Shown here: positions 47,564 to 57,565 of the stretch, piece after piece
Layout of the letters: every line of letters begins with the position of its first letter
Numbering within the stretch: position 1 is the first letter of the stretch
NCBI GenBank assembly: GCA_964452555.1
Contig: CAYVMI010000018.1
Span: 32,329-96,328 of the forward strand
DNA: 64,000 nucleotides
Reading direction: 5' to 3'
Origin: an uncultured Desulfobacterales bacterium
Lineage (GTDB): Bacteria; Desulfobacterota; Desulfobacteria; Desulfobacterales; B30-G6
The notes under the pieces: model-generated
Told to the model about the DNA's origin: nothing
Seen by the model: only the letters and a program-made list of their open reading frames with translations
The model's database searches: none
Position numbers and translations under genes: made by a program

Positions 47564-49477
47564 CTATTTAAATATAGCCAGGTCCAATGCCCGCTTCTCG
47601 ATATGTTCACAGGCAGTTTGGATAAAAACCTCATGGGAGACACCCATTTTAACCTTGCCATCCAATGTCCGCACGGCCAGGGTGCGCGATTCCTTTTCCT
47701 TGCCGCCGATGGTGAGGATCAAGGGAATATTGGCCAACTGGGCTTCACGAATTTTCTTGTTGAGACTTTCAGTGCGGCTGTCCACTTCCGTGCGCAGGCC
47801 GGCCTTCTCCAGGGTCTCGGTCACTTCCTGCGCATAGGGAATGAGTTCATCATTGATGGGCAGGGCCACCACCTGAACCGGTGCCATCCATAAGGGGAAC
47901 TTGCCGGCAAAATGCTCCACCAAAATACCGAGGAACCGTTCGATGGATCCCAGTACCGTGCGGTGGATCATGATGGGTCGATGGCGCTCATTGTCCTTGT
48001 CGATATATCCCAGGTCAAAGCGCTCCGGTAAAGACATATCCAATTGGATCGTACCGCACTGCCAGGTGCGCTTGAGGGCATCCTGAATATGCAGATCGAT
48101 CTTGGGGCCGTAAAAAGCGCCGTCACCTTCATTGAGCACGTATTCGCGCCCGTATTCATCCAGCGCTCCCCGCAAACCATCCGTTGCAACCTCCCATTGC
48201 TCGTCCGTGCCGATGGATTTTTCCGGTCGAGTGGAGAGCTCCAGATGGAAATCGAGTCCGAATGTTTCATAAATGCGCTGTTCCAGTTTTAAAACACCGA
48301 GTATCTCGGATCGAATCTGATCCGGTGTCATGAAAATGTGGGCATCATCCTGATGAAAGGCCCTGACGCGAAATAAACCGGATAAGACACCACTCAACTC
48401 ATGACGGTGTACCAGGCCAACCTCGGCCGCCCGGATGGGCAGTTCCCGGTAGGAATGGGGCCGATTGCCGTAAAGCAGCATACCGCCGGGGCAATTCATG
48501 GGTTTGATGGCATATTCCTCTTCATCCACCTCGGTAAAATACATGTTTTCGCGGTAATTATCCCAATGGCCGCTGCGCTCCCATAAGTGCCGTCTCAGGA
48601 TAATCGGCGTTTTGGTTTCCACATAGCCGGCGGCTTTATGTTCCATGCGCCAATAGTCCAGCAGCGTATTCCAGACAACCATACCCTTGGCATGAAAAAA
48701 TGGCATGCCCGGCGCCTCATCGTGAAAGCTGAACAGTTCCAGCGCTTCGCCGATTTTGCGGTGATTACGCTTTTTGGCCTCTTCTAGGAATCGAATGTGC
48801 TCTTTTAGCTCCTTTTTATTGAAGAAAGCCGTTCCATAAAGTCGCTGCAGCTGGGCCTTGCTCTGATCCGCGCGCCAGTAAGCACCGCTAACTTTGGTAA
48901 GCTTGATGGCTTTGACAAAACCGGTGTGCGGTACATGCGGCCCCCGACACAGATCAGTGAAATCCCCCTGCTCATAAAAAGATATGGCGCCGTCTTCCAA
49001 ATCAGAAATCATTTCGAGTTTGTAAGGTTCATGTTTATAAAAATCCAGTGCTTCTGCCTTGGGCACCTCTCTTCGTCGAATGGGAATTTTTTTCTTTATC
49101 AGTTTTTTAATTTCCGCTTCGATTTTTGGAAAGTCATCCTTGGAAATCGGCGGCATATCGATATCATAGTAAAATCCGTCTTCAATTACCGGTCCGATGG
49201 TCAGTTTGGCATCTTTATATAAGCGTAGTACTGCTTGGGCCATGACATGGGCAGCACTGTGACGCATAATATCCAGGGCTTCTTCATCCCGGGTGGTGAT
49301 CAATCGGACGGCGGCATCCTGATCTAGTTCGGTATATAGATCTACGATCTGGCTATTGAGCTCCATGGCCACGCTATCTCGCGCCAATCCTTCAGATATG
49401 CTTGCCGCAATATCCCAGCCGCTGGGATGTCCTTCAAAAGACTTTTTGCTTCCGTCTGGAAATGTGATATTGATCAT
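47564..49477 (-). CDS. thrS: Threonine--tRNA ligase
   Basis: TGS, editing, class II core and anticodon-binding domains recognisable. Start moved to MINITFPDGS (ATG 49477, AAGGTGGA upstream). Confidence 0.95.
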   Translation of the reverse strand: MINITFPDGSKKSFEGHPSGWDIAASISEGLARDSVAMELNSQIVDLYTELDQDAAVRLITTRDEEALDIMRHSAAHVMAQAVLRLYKDAKLTIGPVIEDGFYYDIDMPPISKDDFPKIEAEIKKLIKKKIPIRRREVPKAEALDFYKHEPYKLEMISDLEDGAISFYEQGDFTDLCRGPHVPHTGFVKAIKLTKVSGAYWRADQSKAQLQRLYGTAFFNKKELKEHIRFLEEAKKRNHRKIGEALELFSFHDEAPGMPFFHAKGMVVWNTLLDYWRMEHKAAGYVETKTPIILRRHLWERSGHWDNYRENMYFTEVDEEEYAIKPMNCPGGMLLYGNRPHSYRELPIRAAEVGLVHRHELSGVLSGLFRVRAFHQDDAHIFMTPDQIRSEILGVLKLEQRIYETFGLDFHLELSTRPEKSIGTDEQWEVATDGLRGALDEYGREYVLNEGDGAFYGPKIDLHIQDALKRTWQCGTIQLDMSLPERFDLGYIDKDNERHRPIMIHRTVLGSIERFLGILVEHFAGKFPLWMAPVQVVALPINDELIPYAQEVTETLEKAGLRTEVDSRTESLNKKIREAQLANIPLILTIGGKEKESRTLAVRTLDGKVKMGVSHEVFIQTACEHIEKRALDLAIFK

Positions 49478-49618
49478 TGGTCCACCTTGTACGTCGAAGA
49501 ATAAATAACTTGGGGTTAAAACCTTAACAATCCACGCCAACCGGCGTGAAAACTCTATTTGAGAATGGACCCAAGTTAGGTCAATAGGTGCAATGGGTCA
49601 AGAGCAAATTGAGGTGAT

Positions 49619-50758
49619 ATGCCCTTCAACATGAATCCAAAATATGAATTAATCGACACGCCGGAAGGTTTGGAGCGCCTCGTATGCAACCTCGGGGGGC
49701 TAAATGTAATGGCCGTGGATCTGGAAGCCGACTCCATGTATCATTTCCAGGATCAGGTGTGCCTTATTCAACTGGCAATAAATGGTAAAATTTATATTAT
49801 CGACCCCATCAAGCTTGGATCGATTGAGCTGCTCGAACCATATTTTCTCGACCCACGCATCCGCAAGATCTTCCATGGTGCTGATTATGACATTCGCTCG
49901 CTATTTAGAGATTTCGATATCGTCATTCATAATCTGTTTGACACGGAACTTGCCTGCAGGTTTTTAGGCATCCAGCAAAGTGGTCTGGATGCTGTGATCC
50001 AAACCTTTTTCCAGGTAAAACTGGAAAAAAAATACCAGAAGAAGGATTGGTCCAAGCGGCCCCTGCCGCCGGACATGATAAATTATGCTGCCAAGGATGT
50101 AGAGTATCTGCTTCAGCTTTCAGAGATCTTGGAGCAAAAACTAATCCAAAAAAATCGGCTCAGCTGGGTCGAGGAAGAGTGCCGGCTGCTCAGCAAAGTC
50201 CGCCCCAATACCAACCATGATGCGCCGCTGTTCCTGAATTTCCGAGGGGCGGGCAAGCTGAAACCCAGGGAGCTTGCCATCTTGGAGGAAGTATTGATCT
50301 GGCGCCGGGAAACCGCACGTAAGAAGGACCGACCGCTTTTCAAAATAATAGGGAATCACAATATTTTGAAGCTAGTCCACAAGCTGCCTCGAAGCAAAGA
50401 TGAATTGGTTGAAAGTAAAACCCTAAGTACCAAACAGCTTCACATGTTCGGCCACCAGTTGATAGAGGCCGTCGAACGAGGTCTCAATGCGCCGGAGGAT
50501 GATCTGCCGGTATATCCCCGAGGGCGGGCACCGCGTATTTCCGAAACCGCCTCTCGTAAAGTCAGCCGATTGAAAAACTGGAAAGAAGCTAAAGCTGAAA
50601 AACTGTCCATTGATCCGGCCTTGATCTTGAACAAAACACAAATCATGGAGATCGTAAAAACGAAGCCGGTTGACCTTCAGGATCTGAGTGACATCAATGG
50701 TATCAAGGCCTGGCAGGTACGAGAATTTGGTGAGGAGATTGTCAGGTGTCTGCAATAA
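49619..50758 (+). CDS. rnd: Ribonuclease D (DEDD 3'-5' exonuclease + HRDC)
   Basis: VAVDLEADS ... FHGADYDI ... YAAKDVEYL motifs. Confidence 0.85.
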   Translation: MPFNMNPKYELIDTPEGLERLVCNLGGLNVMAVDLEADSMYHFQDQVCLIQLAINGKIYIIDPIKLGSIELLEPYFLDPRIRKIFHGADYDIRSLFRDFDIVIHNLFDTELACRFLGIQQSGLDAVIQTFFQVKLEKKYQKKDWSKRPLPPDMINYAAKDVEYLLQLSEILEQKLIQKNRLSWVEEECRLLSKVRPNTNHDAPLFLNFRGAGKLKPRELAILEEVLIWRRETARKKDRPLFKIIGNHNILKLVHKLPRSKDELVESKTLSTKQLHMFGHQLIEAVERGLNAPEDDLPVYPRGRAPRISETASRKVSRLKNWKEAKAEKLSIDPALILNKTQIMEIVKTKPVDLQDLSDINGIKAWQVREFGEEIVRCLQ

Positions 50759-50768
50759 GGGCAGGGAT

Positions 50769-50862
50769 GGTGGGTTGAAGGGTTGAGATTTGGAGGGTTA
50801 GCCGAAAATGGAATTGAGTTGGCCCTACCCTAATACCCTCCACCCCTAATCACCCTAAACCC
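50769..50862. repeat. Inverted word-tile arms directly after the rnd stop
   Basis: ggtgggttgaagggttgagatttggagggttag / ctaccctaataccctccacccctaatcaccctaaaccc. Confidence 0.8.
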
Positions 50863-50920
50863 TATGGCCAATCCCATACTGAATCTATAAACTAGAAAAA
50901 TCGTTTAAAAATCAGATCAA

Positions 50921-52864
50921 ATGAAAAAAGTACACACCGTCTGCTCGCGTGACTGTCCGGATGCCTGCTCCTTGATTTTTGAATTAAATGCACAGCATCA
51001 GATCCATTCGGTTCACGCAGATTCCGACCACCCCCTTACCCGCGGAATCATCTGTCCCCGCAGCGCTCGCGATCGGGATCGTCTGCAAACCAATCGCATT
51101 GATGCCCCCTACTTGAAGGGATCCGCAGGATTCAAAAAAATCAGTTGGGCCCGCGCCCTTGATCTGGTTTCCCAAAAACTGGGCAAGACCTTGGCAGAAC
51201 AAGGGCCTCAGCAAATTCTCTACCTGAGTTATCCCGGCAATACCGGTATGCTCGCCAACACATATCCAAAACGGTTATGGAATGCCATCGGGGCTACTCA
51301 AACTGACAGGGCCCTGTGCAGCAAATCCGGTCATAGCGGCATTTCCCTTCATTACGGCGAAAGCTACGGTGCCAATCCGCTGGATATATCTGATATGGCC
51401 CTCGTGAATTTCTGGGGGCTTAATGCCGCCGTTAGTGCTGCTCATTATTGGCAGCTGGCTCGTCATGCACGCAAGTACAATCAAACCAAGATTGTGGTTG
51501 TGGATCCCATTGAAACGGTCAGCGCCCAAAAAGCAGACCTCTGGATTCGCCCTAATCCCCAAACCGATGTGGCCTTGGTTTATGGGGTTTTAAACCAACT
51601 CATCTCAGACGGCAGACATGATCAAGACTTTCTAGAAAAATGGACCACCGGATTTGAAGCTTTGCGGGCTGAGGCAGCCAAGTGGACGCCCGACAGGGTG
51701 AGATCCGTCACCGGGGTATCAATAGACGATCTTAAAGCATTGACCGAACTAGTTGATACCCATCGACCCAGCCTGACGATGATCGGTATCGGCTTGCAGC
51801 ATTGTGACAGTGGTGCAGACCAAGTCCGGGCGGTTGCTCTGCTACCTGCGGTATTGGGAATTCACCGCGGCTTTTTTTATGGTAACGGCAGTGCCTATGA
51901 CTTTGATGCCGCCCGCATCTCGGGCACATCTTTGGCCCATCAGACATCGCCAAAAATTTCTCAGGTAGCCCTGGCTGAATCCATAGCCCATGGAGAGTTT
52001 TCAGTGGTCTACGTGAGTTGTATGAACCCTGCCATGACCATCCCGAATCAAAACCTATTCCGGCGCGGTTTAGCTCGCCCAGATCTAACCTTGATAGTCC
52101 ATGAGACCCATTGGAGCGAAACCGCTCAACTGGCCGATCTGGTTCTGCCGGCGCCGACCTTTCTGGAAAAAGAGGACATCGTTATCCCCGACAGCCATAA
52201 CCGTGTACAATTCAGTCACCAGATCCTTCCGCCTGTGACCGACAGTCGCCACGAAATTTATGTCATGCAGGAAATTGCCAAACGGCTTGATCTCAATGAA
52301 CCCTGGCTGTATGAAGATGCGCTGTCGGTTGTCACTGAAATCCTGGCAGATGCCTTTGAAGACGGCCAGACAAAGGATCTGATAGACGGTAAGCGGCTCA
52401 AGCTTCGCCGCAAGCCCCTTGACCATTACGCCACGCCGTCGGGTCGCCTGGAGTTTTATGCCTATTCTGCCAAACGGCACGGCCATGCACCCCTGCCGGT
52501 TCAAAAAAACCTTTTAAGCGAAACGGACACATTCAGATTAATGGCGAGCTCGGATTCAAAATATACTCACACCCAGTTTCAGGAAGTATACGGCAATATT
52601 CCGGCAGTTGTGCATATCAATAGAGAAGATGCCACCCGATTTCAGATTTCGAACGGAGAGGAAGTTATAATCGAAAACCGAGAGGGTCGACTCAAGCTTG
52701 AAGCCGTCATATCTGATATCTTGCCAGCCGGCGTGGTGTGGTGCCCCAAAGAAGCCGCCGACCTTGATGGCGCGCCCCAGAACTGCCTGATCAGCAGCCG
52801 GCCGCAATCCCTCGGCAAAGGTCCGCGATTTAATTCAACGCGGGTGAAACTTCGTAAAGCTTAA
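50921..52864 (+). CDS. Cytoplasmic molybdopterin oxidoreductase, substrate unknown
   Basis: N-terminal [4Fe-4S] motif CSRDCPDAC; 647 aa; no signal or Tat motif. Confidence 0.8.
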   Translation: MKKVHTVCSRDCPDACSLIFELNAQHQIHSVHADSDHPLTRGIICPRSARDRDRLQTNRIDAPYLKGSAGFKKISWARALDLVSQKLGKTLAEQGPQQILYLSYPGNTGMLANTYPKRLWNAIGATQTDRALCSKSGHSGISLHYGESYGANPLDISDMALVNFWGLNAAVSAAHYWQLARHARKYNQTKIVVVDPIETVSAQKADLWIRPNPQTDVALVYGVLNQLISDGRHDQDFLEKWTTGFEALRAEAAKWTPDRVRSVTGVSIDDLKALTELVDTHRPSLTMIGIGLQHCDSGADQVRAVALLPAVLGIHRGFFYGNGSAYDFDAARISGTSLAHQTSPKISQVALAESIAHGEFSVVYVSCMNPAMTIPNQNLFRRGLARPDLTLIVHETHWSETAQLADLVLPAPTFLEKEDIVIPDSHNRVQFSHQILPPVTDSRHEIYVMQEIAKRLDLNEPWLYEDALSVVTEILADAFEDGQTKDLIDGKRLKLRRKPLDHYATPSGRLEFYAYSAKRHGHAPLPVQKNLLSETDTFRLMASSDSKYTHTQFQEVYGNIPAVVHINREDATRFQISNGEEVIIENREGRLKLEAVISDILPAGVVWCPKEAADLDGAPQNCLISSRPQSLGKGPRFNSTRVKLRKA

Positions 52865-52882
52865 GATCCATGCGGCCTGGAC

Positions 52883-53896
52883 TCAATCTCTAAATAGTTC
52901 TAAATACGCTCCATAGCCTTCCTTTTCCAAATCTTCCTTGGGAATAAATCGAAGCGCAGCCGAATTGATACAGTAACGCTGCCCGGTTGGTGCGGGGCCA
53001 TCCGGAAAGACATGACCCAGGTGAGAATCACCATGGCGGCTGCGTACTTCCGTACGAACGGTGAAGAGCTTGCAGTCTTCTTTCTCAACCAGATATTGGC
53101 GATCCAGGGGACGTGTAAAACTGGGCCAACCCGTACCGGAGTCAAACTTGTCTGTGGAGCTAAAGAGCGGTTCACCCGAAGCCACATCCACATAGATGCC
53201 TTCCCGTTTATTATCCCAGTATGCGTTCCGAAAAGGGGGTTCGGTGGCGTCCTGACGGATCACCTGATACTGATCCTCAGTCAAACGTTCACGTAACTCG
53301 TCCTCTGACGGCCGCTTGTATTTAGATTCTTCCGGCGAATCAGGCCGGCCCGTTTTGCTTACCTGCCAAATGGCCTGCAAAAATTGGTCGCGGCCGGAAC
53401 CCTGGCGGTAACGGGCATAGTGCGCTGGGTTCTTATGATAATAGTTTTGATGGTAATCCTCGGCAGCATAAAATGTCGAAAATGGCACAATTTCGGTTGC
53501 AATGGGCTTAGCATACACATCCGATTCTTCCAGATCTTGTCGCGATTTTTCAGCTATCTTCTGCTGTTCTTCAGAATGTGTAAAAATCACAGTTCGGTAC
53601 TGGGGCCCGCGGTCTACAAATTGCCCGTCGGCATCAGTGGGATCCACTGAGCGCCAGAATGCATCCAATAAGTCTTTATAAGTCACCTGGCGGGAGTCAT
53701 ATTGGACTTGAATTGCTTCCACATGACCGGAAATACCGCTGGCCACATCCTGATAGGTCGGATCCGGCATGCGTCCACCGGTGTAACCTGAGGTCACTGA
53801 TTGAACACCCTTGATTTTCTTAAAATCCGCCTCAATACACCAGAAACAGCCGCCAGCAAAGGTTGCCACTTCCATTTGTCCGGTATTAATTGCCAT
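52883..53896 (-). CDS. msrAB: Bifunctional methionine sulfoxide reductase MsrA-MsrB fusion
   Basis: GGCFWC (MsrA) and GWPSF ... RYCINS (MsrB). Confidence 0.9.
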   Translation of the reverse strand: MAINTGQMEVATFAGGCFWCIEADFKKIKGVQSVTSGYTGGRMPDPTYQDVASGISGHVEAIQVQYDSRQVTYKDLLDAFWRSVDPTDADGQFVDRGPQYRTVIFTHSEEQQKIAEKSRQDLEESDVYAKPIATEIVPFSTFYAAEDYHQNYYHKNPAHYARYRQGSGRDQFLQAIWQVSKTGRPDSPEESKYKRPSEDELRERLTEDQYQVIRQDATEPPFRNAYWDNKREGIYVDVASGEPLFSSTDKFDSGTGWPSFTRPLDRQYLVEKEDCKLFTVRTEVRSRHGDSHLGHVFPDGPAPTGQRYCINSAALRFIPKEDLEKEGYGAYLELFRD

Positions 53897-54199
53897 ATTA
53901 AAATTCCTTAATATTTTCTAAATGTTATAAATTCTTTTTTCTTGTTAGATCACATATCACGCCGAAATCTCTTTGAATAAGGGCAGAATCGTAACAATTT
54001 AAAATCTTAGATTAATTATGCCCTAACTACAGTTAAGCATGCCCCGGTTGCTTGTCAAAACAGGAAGGCAATGTTGCCATTTTTACTTGCATTCTGATTT
54101 GGCTGCACTAGGTTATATCATGTTTACAAATCGCAACCATAGTATAACCTACTGAAATCAATTGTTAATTTTTTTTCTTTTTTAGAAGGAGGTTAAAAA

Positions 54200-54928
54200 A
54201 TGAAAAAGAATTCTATCTATCTGATCTTACTGGCTTGTCTTATTTTGCCATCAATGGCGATTGCAGAGGAAAGCCAATGGCAGGATGAGGCCGAACTGTC
54301 TTATGTCAGCACGGGCGGTAATACCGAGGTAACCAGTTTATCCGGTAAAAACAAACTTACCTACCAGTTCACGGAAAACTTCAAAGGCCAGTGGGACGTC
54401 AGTGCCCTATACGGTGAAACAGAAGATGTAAAAACTGCAGAGCGTTATGCAACCGAAGTTCGCCTGGACTATAATTTTACGGATAGGATTTATTTAGCCG
54501 GCATCGGTGGTTGGTTGCAAGATGAGTTTGCCGGGATTGAGCAACGTCTGTATCTAGGACCTGCCGTGGGCTATAAAATTCTCACCGGTCCCAAACAAAT
54601 ATTGAGCGCTGAAGGTGGTATTGACTATGTTACTGAAGAATATACCAATGACGAAGATGCCAACTTCATGCGTGGGCGTGCTTTCGGGAGCTACGAATTT
54701 ATACTGACCGAAAAAAGCAAGTTCACCCAAACCCTTGAATTGCTATATGATTTTGAAGACAGCGACAATTACAACGTCAATTCGGTTTCAGCCTTGATCA
54801 CGTCACTCAGCGATACATTTTCGATCAAGACCAGCTATGAAATTCACTACGACAACGAACCTGTTCCGGATACCCTGGAGGAAACCGACACGATCCTCTC
54901 TGTAGCCTTGATCGTCAACTTCAAGTAA
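54200..54928 (+). CDS. DUF481-family outer-membrane protein (YdiY-like)
   Basis: Signal peptide, then WQDEAELSYVSTGGNTE, typical of DUF481. Confidence 0.75.
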   Translation: MKKNSIYLILLACLILPSMAIAEESQWQDEAELSYVSTGGNTEVTSLSGKNKLTYQFTENFKGQWDVSALYGETEDVKTAERYATEVRLDYNFTDRIYLAGIGGWLQDEFAGIEQRLYLGPAVGYKILTGPKQILSAEGGIDYVTEEYTNDEDANFMRGRAFGSYEFILTEKSKFTQTLELLYDFEDSDNYNVNSVSALITSLSDTFSIKTSYEIHYDNEPVPDTLEETDTILSVALIVNFK

Positions 54929-54938
54929 GGAGAATAAA

Positions 54939-55916
54939 ATGGCCAAAGCCATCAAACTCTATCAGAACGGCGGACCGGAAGTTTTAAAATGGGAGGATCA
55001 TGATCCTGGTCCGCCGGGACCTGGTGAGGCACGCATTCGCCATCACGCTGTGGGTCTTAATTTTATTGATGTATACCATCGCACCGGTCTGTATCCTCTG
55101 CCTGCTCTGCCGGCCATTCCCGGTATGGAAGGTGCCGGGGTAGTGGAATCCGTCGGGGAAGGCGTAAGCACGGTTGCAGAAGGCGACCGGATTGCCTATG
55201 CCAGCTTACCTACCGGCGCCTATGCTCAGGTTCGCTGCATACCCGCTGATCGGCTCGTAAAAATTCCGGCGGAAATATCCTTCGATACGGCTGCCGGCAT
55301 GATGCTCAAAGGTATGACGGCGCGCTACCTCATTCGGGGTTGCTACCCGGTAACCGCTTCGGATACAATCCTCGTTCACGCCGCCTCCGGCGGGGTCGGA
55401 TCGATTGTATGCCAGTGGGCCAAACATATCGGTGCCACAGTCATCGGCACTGTGGGTTCTTCTCACAAGGCTGATCTGGCGCGATCCAACGGGTGCGACC
55501 ACCCCATTCTGTACTCCCGGGAGGATTTTGTTGAAAAAGTCCGTGAAATTACCACCGGCAAAGGTGTCGATGTGGTGTATGATTCTGTGGGACAGGCAAC
55601 TTTCCTGCAGTCGCTGGACTGCCTGCGCCCCCTTGGAACCATGGTAAGCTTCGGGCAATCTTCAGGGTCGGTTCCGCCCTTTGAATTAGGGCTCTTGGCA
55701 GCCAAGGGCTCGCTCTTTCTGACACGACCGAGCCTTATGACTTATACGGAAAATCAACAAGACCTTGTGGCCCACGCTGAGGATTTAATCGATGTGGTTC
55801 AACGGGGGGCGGTTAAAATCGATATCGGCCAAACCTATGAGCTTGCCGAGGCAGCCACAGCACATCGCGACCTGGAGGGGCGTAAGACCACCGGATCGAC
55901 CATCTTGATCCCTTAG
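54939..55916 (+). CDS. qor: NADPH:quinone oxidoreductase
   Basis: AVGLNFIDVYHRTGLYP ... PGMEGAGVV ... AASGGVGS. Confidence 0.9.
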   Translation: MAKAIKLYQNGGPEVLKWEDHDPGPPGPGEARIRHHAVGLNFIDVYHRTGLYPLPALPAIPGMEGAGVVESVGEGVSTVAEGDRIAYASLPTGAYAQVRCIPADRLVKIPAEISFDTAAGMMLKGMTARYLIRGCYPVTASDTILVHAASGGVGSIVCQWAKHIGATVIGTVGSSHKADLARSNGCDHPILYSREDFVEKVREITTGKGVDVVYDSVGQATFLQSLDCLRPLGTMVSFGQSSGSVPPFELGLLAAKGSLFLTRPSLMTYTENQQDLVAHAEDLIDVVQRGAVKIDIGQTYELAEAATAHRDLEGRKTTGSTILIP

Positions 55917-56071
55917 ATCAAATAAAACTTACTGCGAATATCGAATTATGAATTTCGATTTCATGAATTACGAAGGATGTTGTCCGTAAAATTAGTACGG
56001 ACAGTCAGGATCAAGTCCTGATTAAAAGTTGTCACTATTTAAGCTTAAAACAGTCATTCTTATTTGCCTCA

Positions 56072-56219
56072 AAATGAACATCGAACATCCAACGTCCAAC
56101 ACCCAACGTCGATTTGTGTTTGTCAGCTAATTGTATTCAGCATTTGTGGGCTTTCAGCCATGAGCAAAGAGCTACATTTCGATGTTCAGTGTTCGATGTT
56201 CGATGTTGGACGTTCATTT
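56072..56219. repeat. Inverted word-tile arms, cgaacatccaaca family, locus 2 (nested inside outer arms 55935..55975 / 56245..56272)
   Basis: aaatgaacatcgaacatccaacgtccaacacccaacgtcgat / atttcgatgttcagtgttcgatgttcgatgttggacgttcattt. Confidence 0.85.
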
Positions 56220-56272
56220 GTTACCGTCATTCAACATTTCCTGTTCAGCATTCGATATTCAAATCGATACGG

Positions 56273-57280
56273 CTAGCTGTTTTGTGTAACTTCCTTTAAC
56301 AGCTCCCGATAGTAACAATAGTTTTCAAAGGGCACGTCTGCTCTCACCCGACCATCTGCCAAGGGAATGTAGCCGCCCTGTTCAATCAGCGGCGGTACTT
56401 TACGTAAGATTTCCCTTTTTATGGCCGCTTTCCCTTTACGCAATGCATCCAGATCGATACCGCCGATGAGGCGCAAATCTTTGCCAAATTGTTTGCGCAG
56501 GTCGGTATAGTCCATGGCCGGGGTATAGACTTCACACGCCCACAAAGTATTGAATCCCCATTCCAATATACTGGGAATCAGAATCCGGGCATTGGCGTAG
56601 GTCTGGAAGATAATGGTCTCCACCTGATAACGTTTGAGTACCGCCATGATTGGCTGATAGCTCGTCAACACGAGATCTGCATACATCTGGGGGGATATCA
56701 AAGGCCCCTCATTTCCGCCGATTGGCTCACTGAAAACAGCGGCATCGATTTGAACTTTCCTGAGAAAACGTTCCAGGAGTCCGGCACAAAAATGGCCTTG
56801 AATCGCCATCATCTCACGCATCAAAGCAGGCTGATCCGTAAGCATTGTCATGACGTCGTAAAATCGAGACCAGTCCCTAACACCCATGGTCAGGAAAAAA
56901 CCGCGATGAACGTCCAACAAGAGTACGTGATCACGATCGCGCCATTTATTTTGGTGGATTTTCCAGCGCAGGGGCCAGCGCCTTTTATCATCCGGATTTA
57001 AACTTTTTTTAAACGCCTTTAGCTCTGAGTGAGTTGTCGGCCATTTCTTGATCTCCGGACGTGGTTTCGTATCCAGATCCAGGTCCTCGCGTACATCCGA
57101 AGGAAACCTGACTTGCAGTTCCCGCTTTCCGGACAAGCCCTGTCTTCGCCAGGATTTGATAACATTATCCCGAATGCCTTCCTCAAAATAGGGAACCCGG
57201 TCCGTTTCTTGGAATCCCATCACCGCGTTAAAACGCTGCCGGCTTGTCATGGATCCGGATATCTTCTGTGATTGTGTCAT
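56273..57280 (-). CDS. Uroporphyrinogen-decarboxylase-family protein (URO-D / MtaA-like)
   Basis: N-terminus MTSRQRFNAVMGFQETDRVPYFE, typical of the family. Confidence 0.7.
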   Translation of the reverse strand: MTQSQKISGSMTSRQRFNAVMGFQETDRVPYFEEGIRDNVIKSWRRQGLSGKRELQVRFPSDVREDLDLDTKPRPEIKKWPTTHSELKAFKKSLNPDDKRRWPLRWKIHQNKWRDRDHVLLLDVHRGFFLTMGVRDWSRFYDVMTMLTDQPALMREMMAIQGHFCAGLLERFLRKVQIDAAVFSEPIGGNEGPLISPQMYADLVLTSYQPIMAVLKRYQVETIIFQTYANARILIPSILEWGFNTLWACEVYTPAMDYTDLRKQFGKDLRLIGGIDLDALRKGKAAIKREILRKVPPLIEQGGYIPLADGRVRADVPFENYCYYRELLKEVTQNS

Positions 57281-57565
57281 AAGCTCTATTATTTTAATCC
57301 GAACCAGAATGAAATAGCGAGTGTCTACCGAAAATTTAATGAAACTCTATTTGGACACCGGTCTCAAGTCAATTCAATTTGAACATTTGTCTTTAAATTA
57401 TTTTTATGCCACCATTGCCTACCAAACTCAGGACCATATATAGAGATTGTCAAAATGACACTCCGATTGCGATAGAAGGAGTATCCCTGTTTTTTGGGAT
57501 ACTCCTTCACTGTGGATATGAATCGGATTATACTTTTGAAAACTGCTATAAAGGGAGAAATATTC

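Noticed and set aside
47564-49540. Extended N-terminus of thrS (MAWIVKVLTPSYLFF...)
   Set aside because: The canonical TGS-domain N-terminus MINITFPDGS starts at ATG 49477 with a good SD. The upstream 21 codons lack support.
56064-56299. Track ORFs 56064..56276 and 56114..56299
   Set aside because: They are translations of the cgaacat/ttcgatg hairpin arms (repetitive HRTSNVQHPTS-type strings), not genes.
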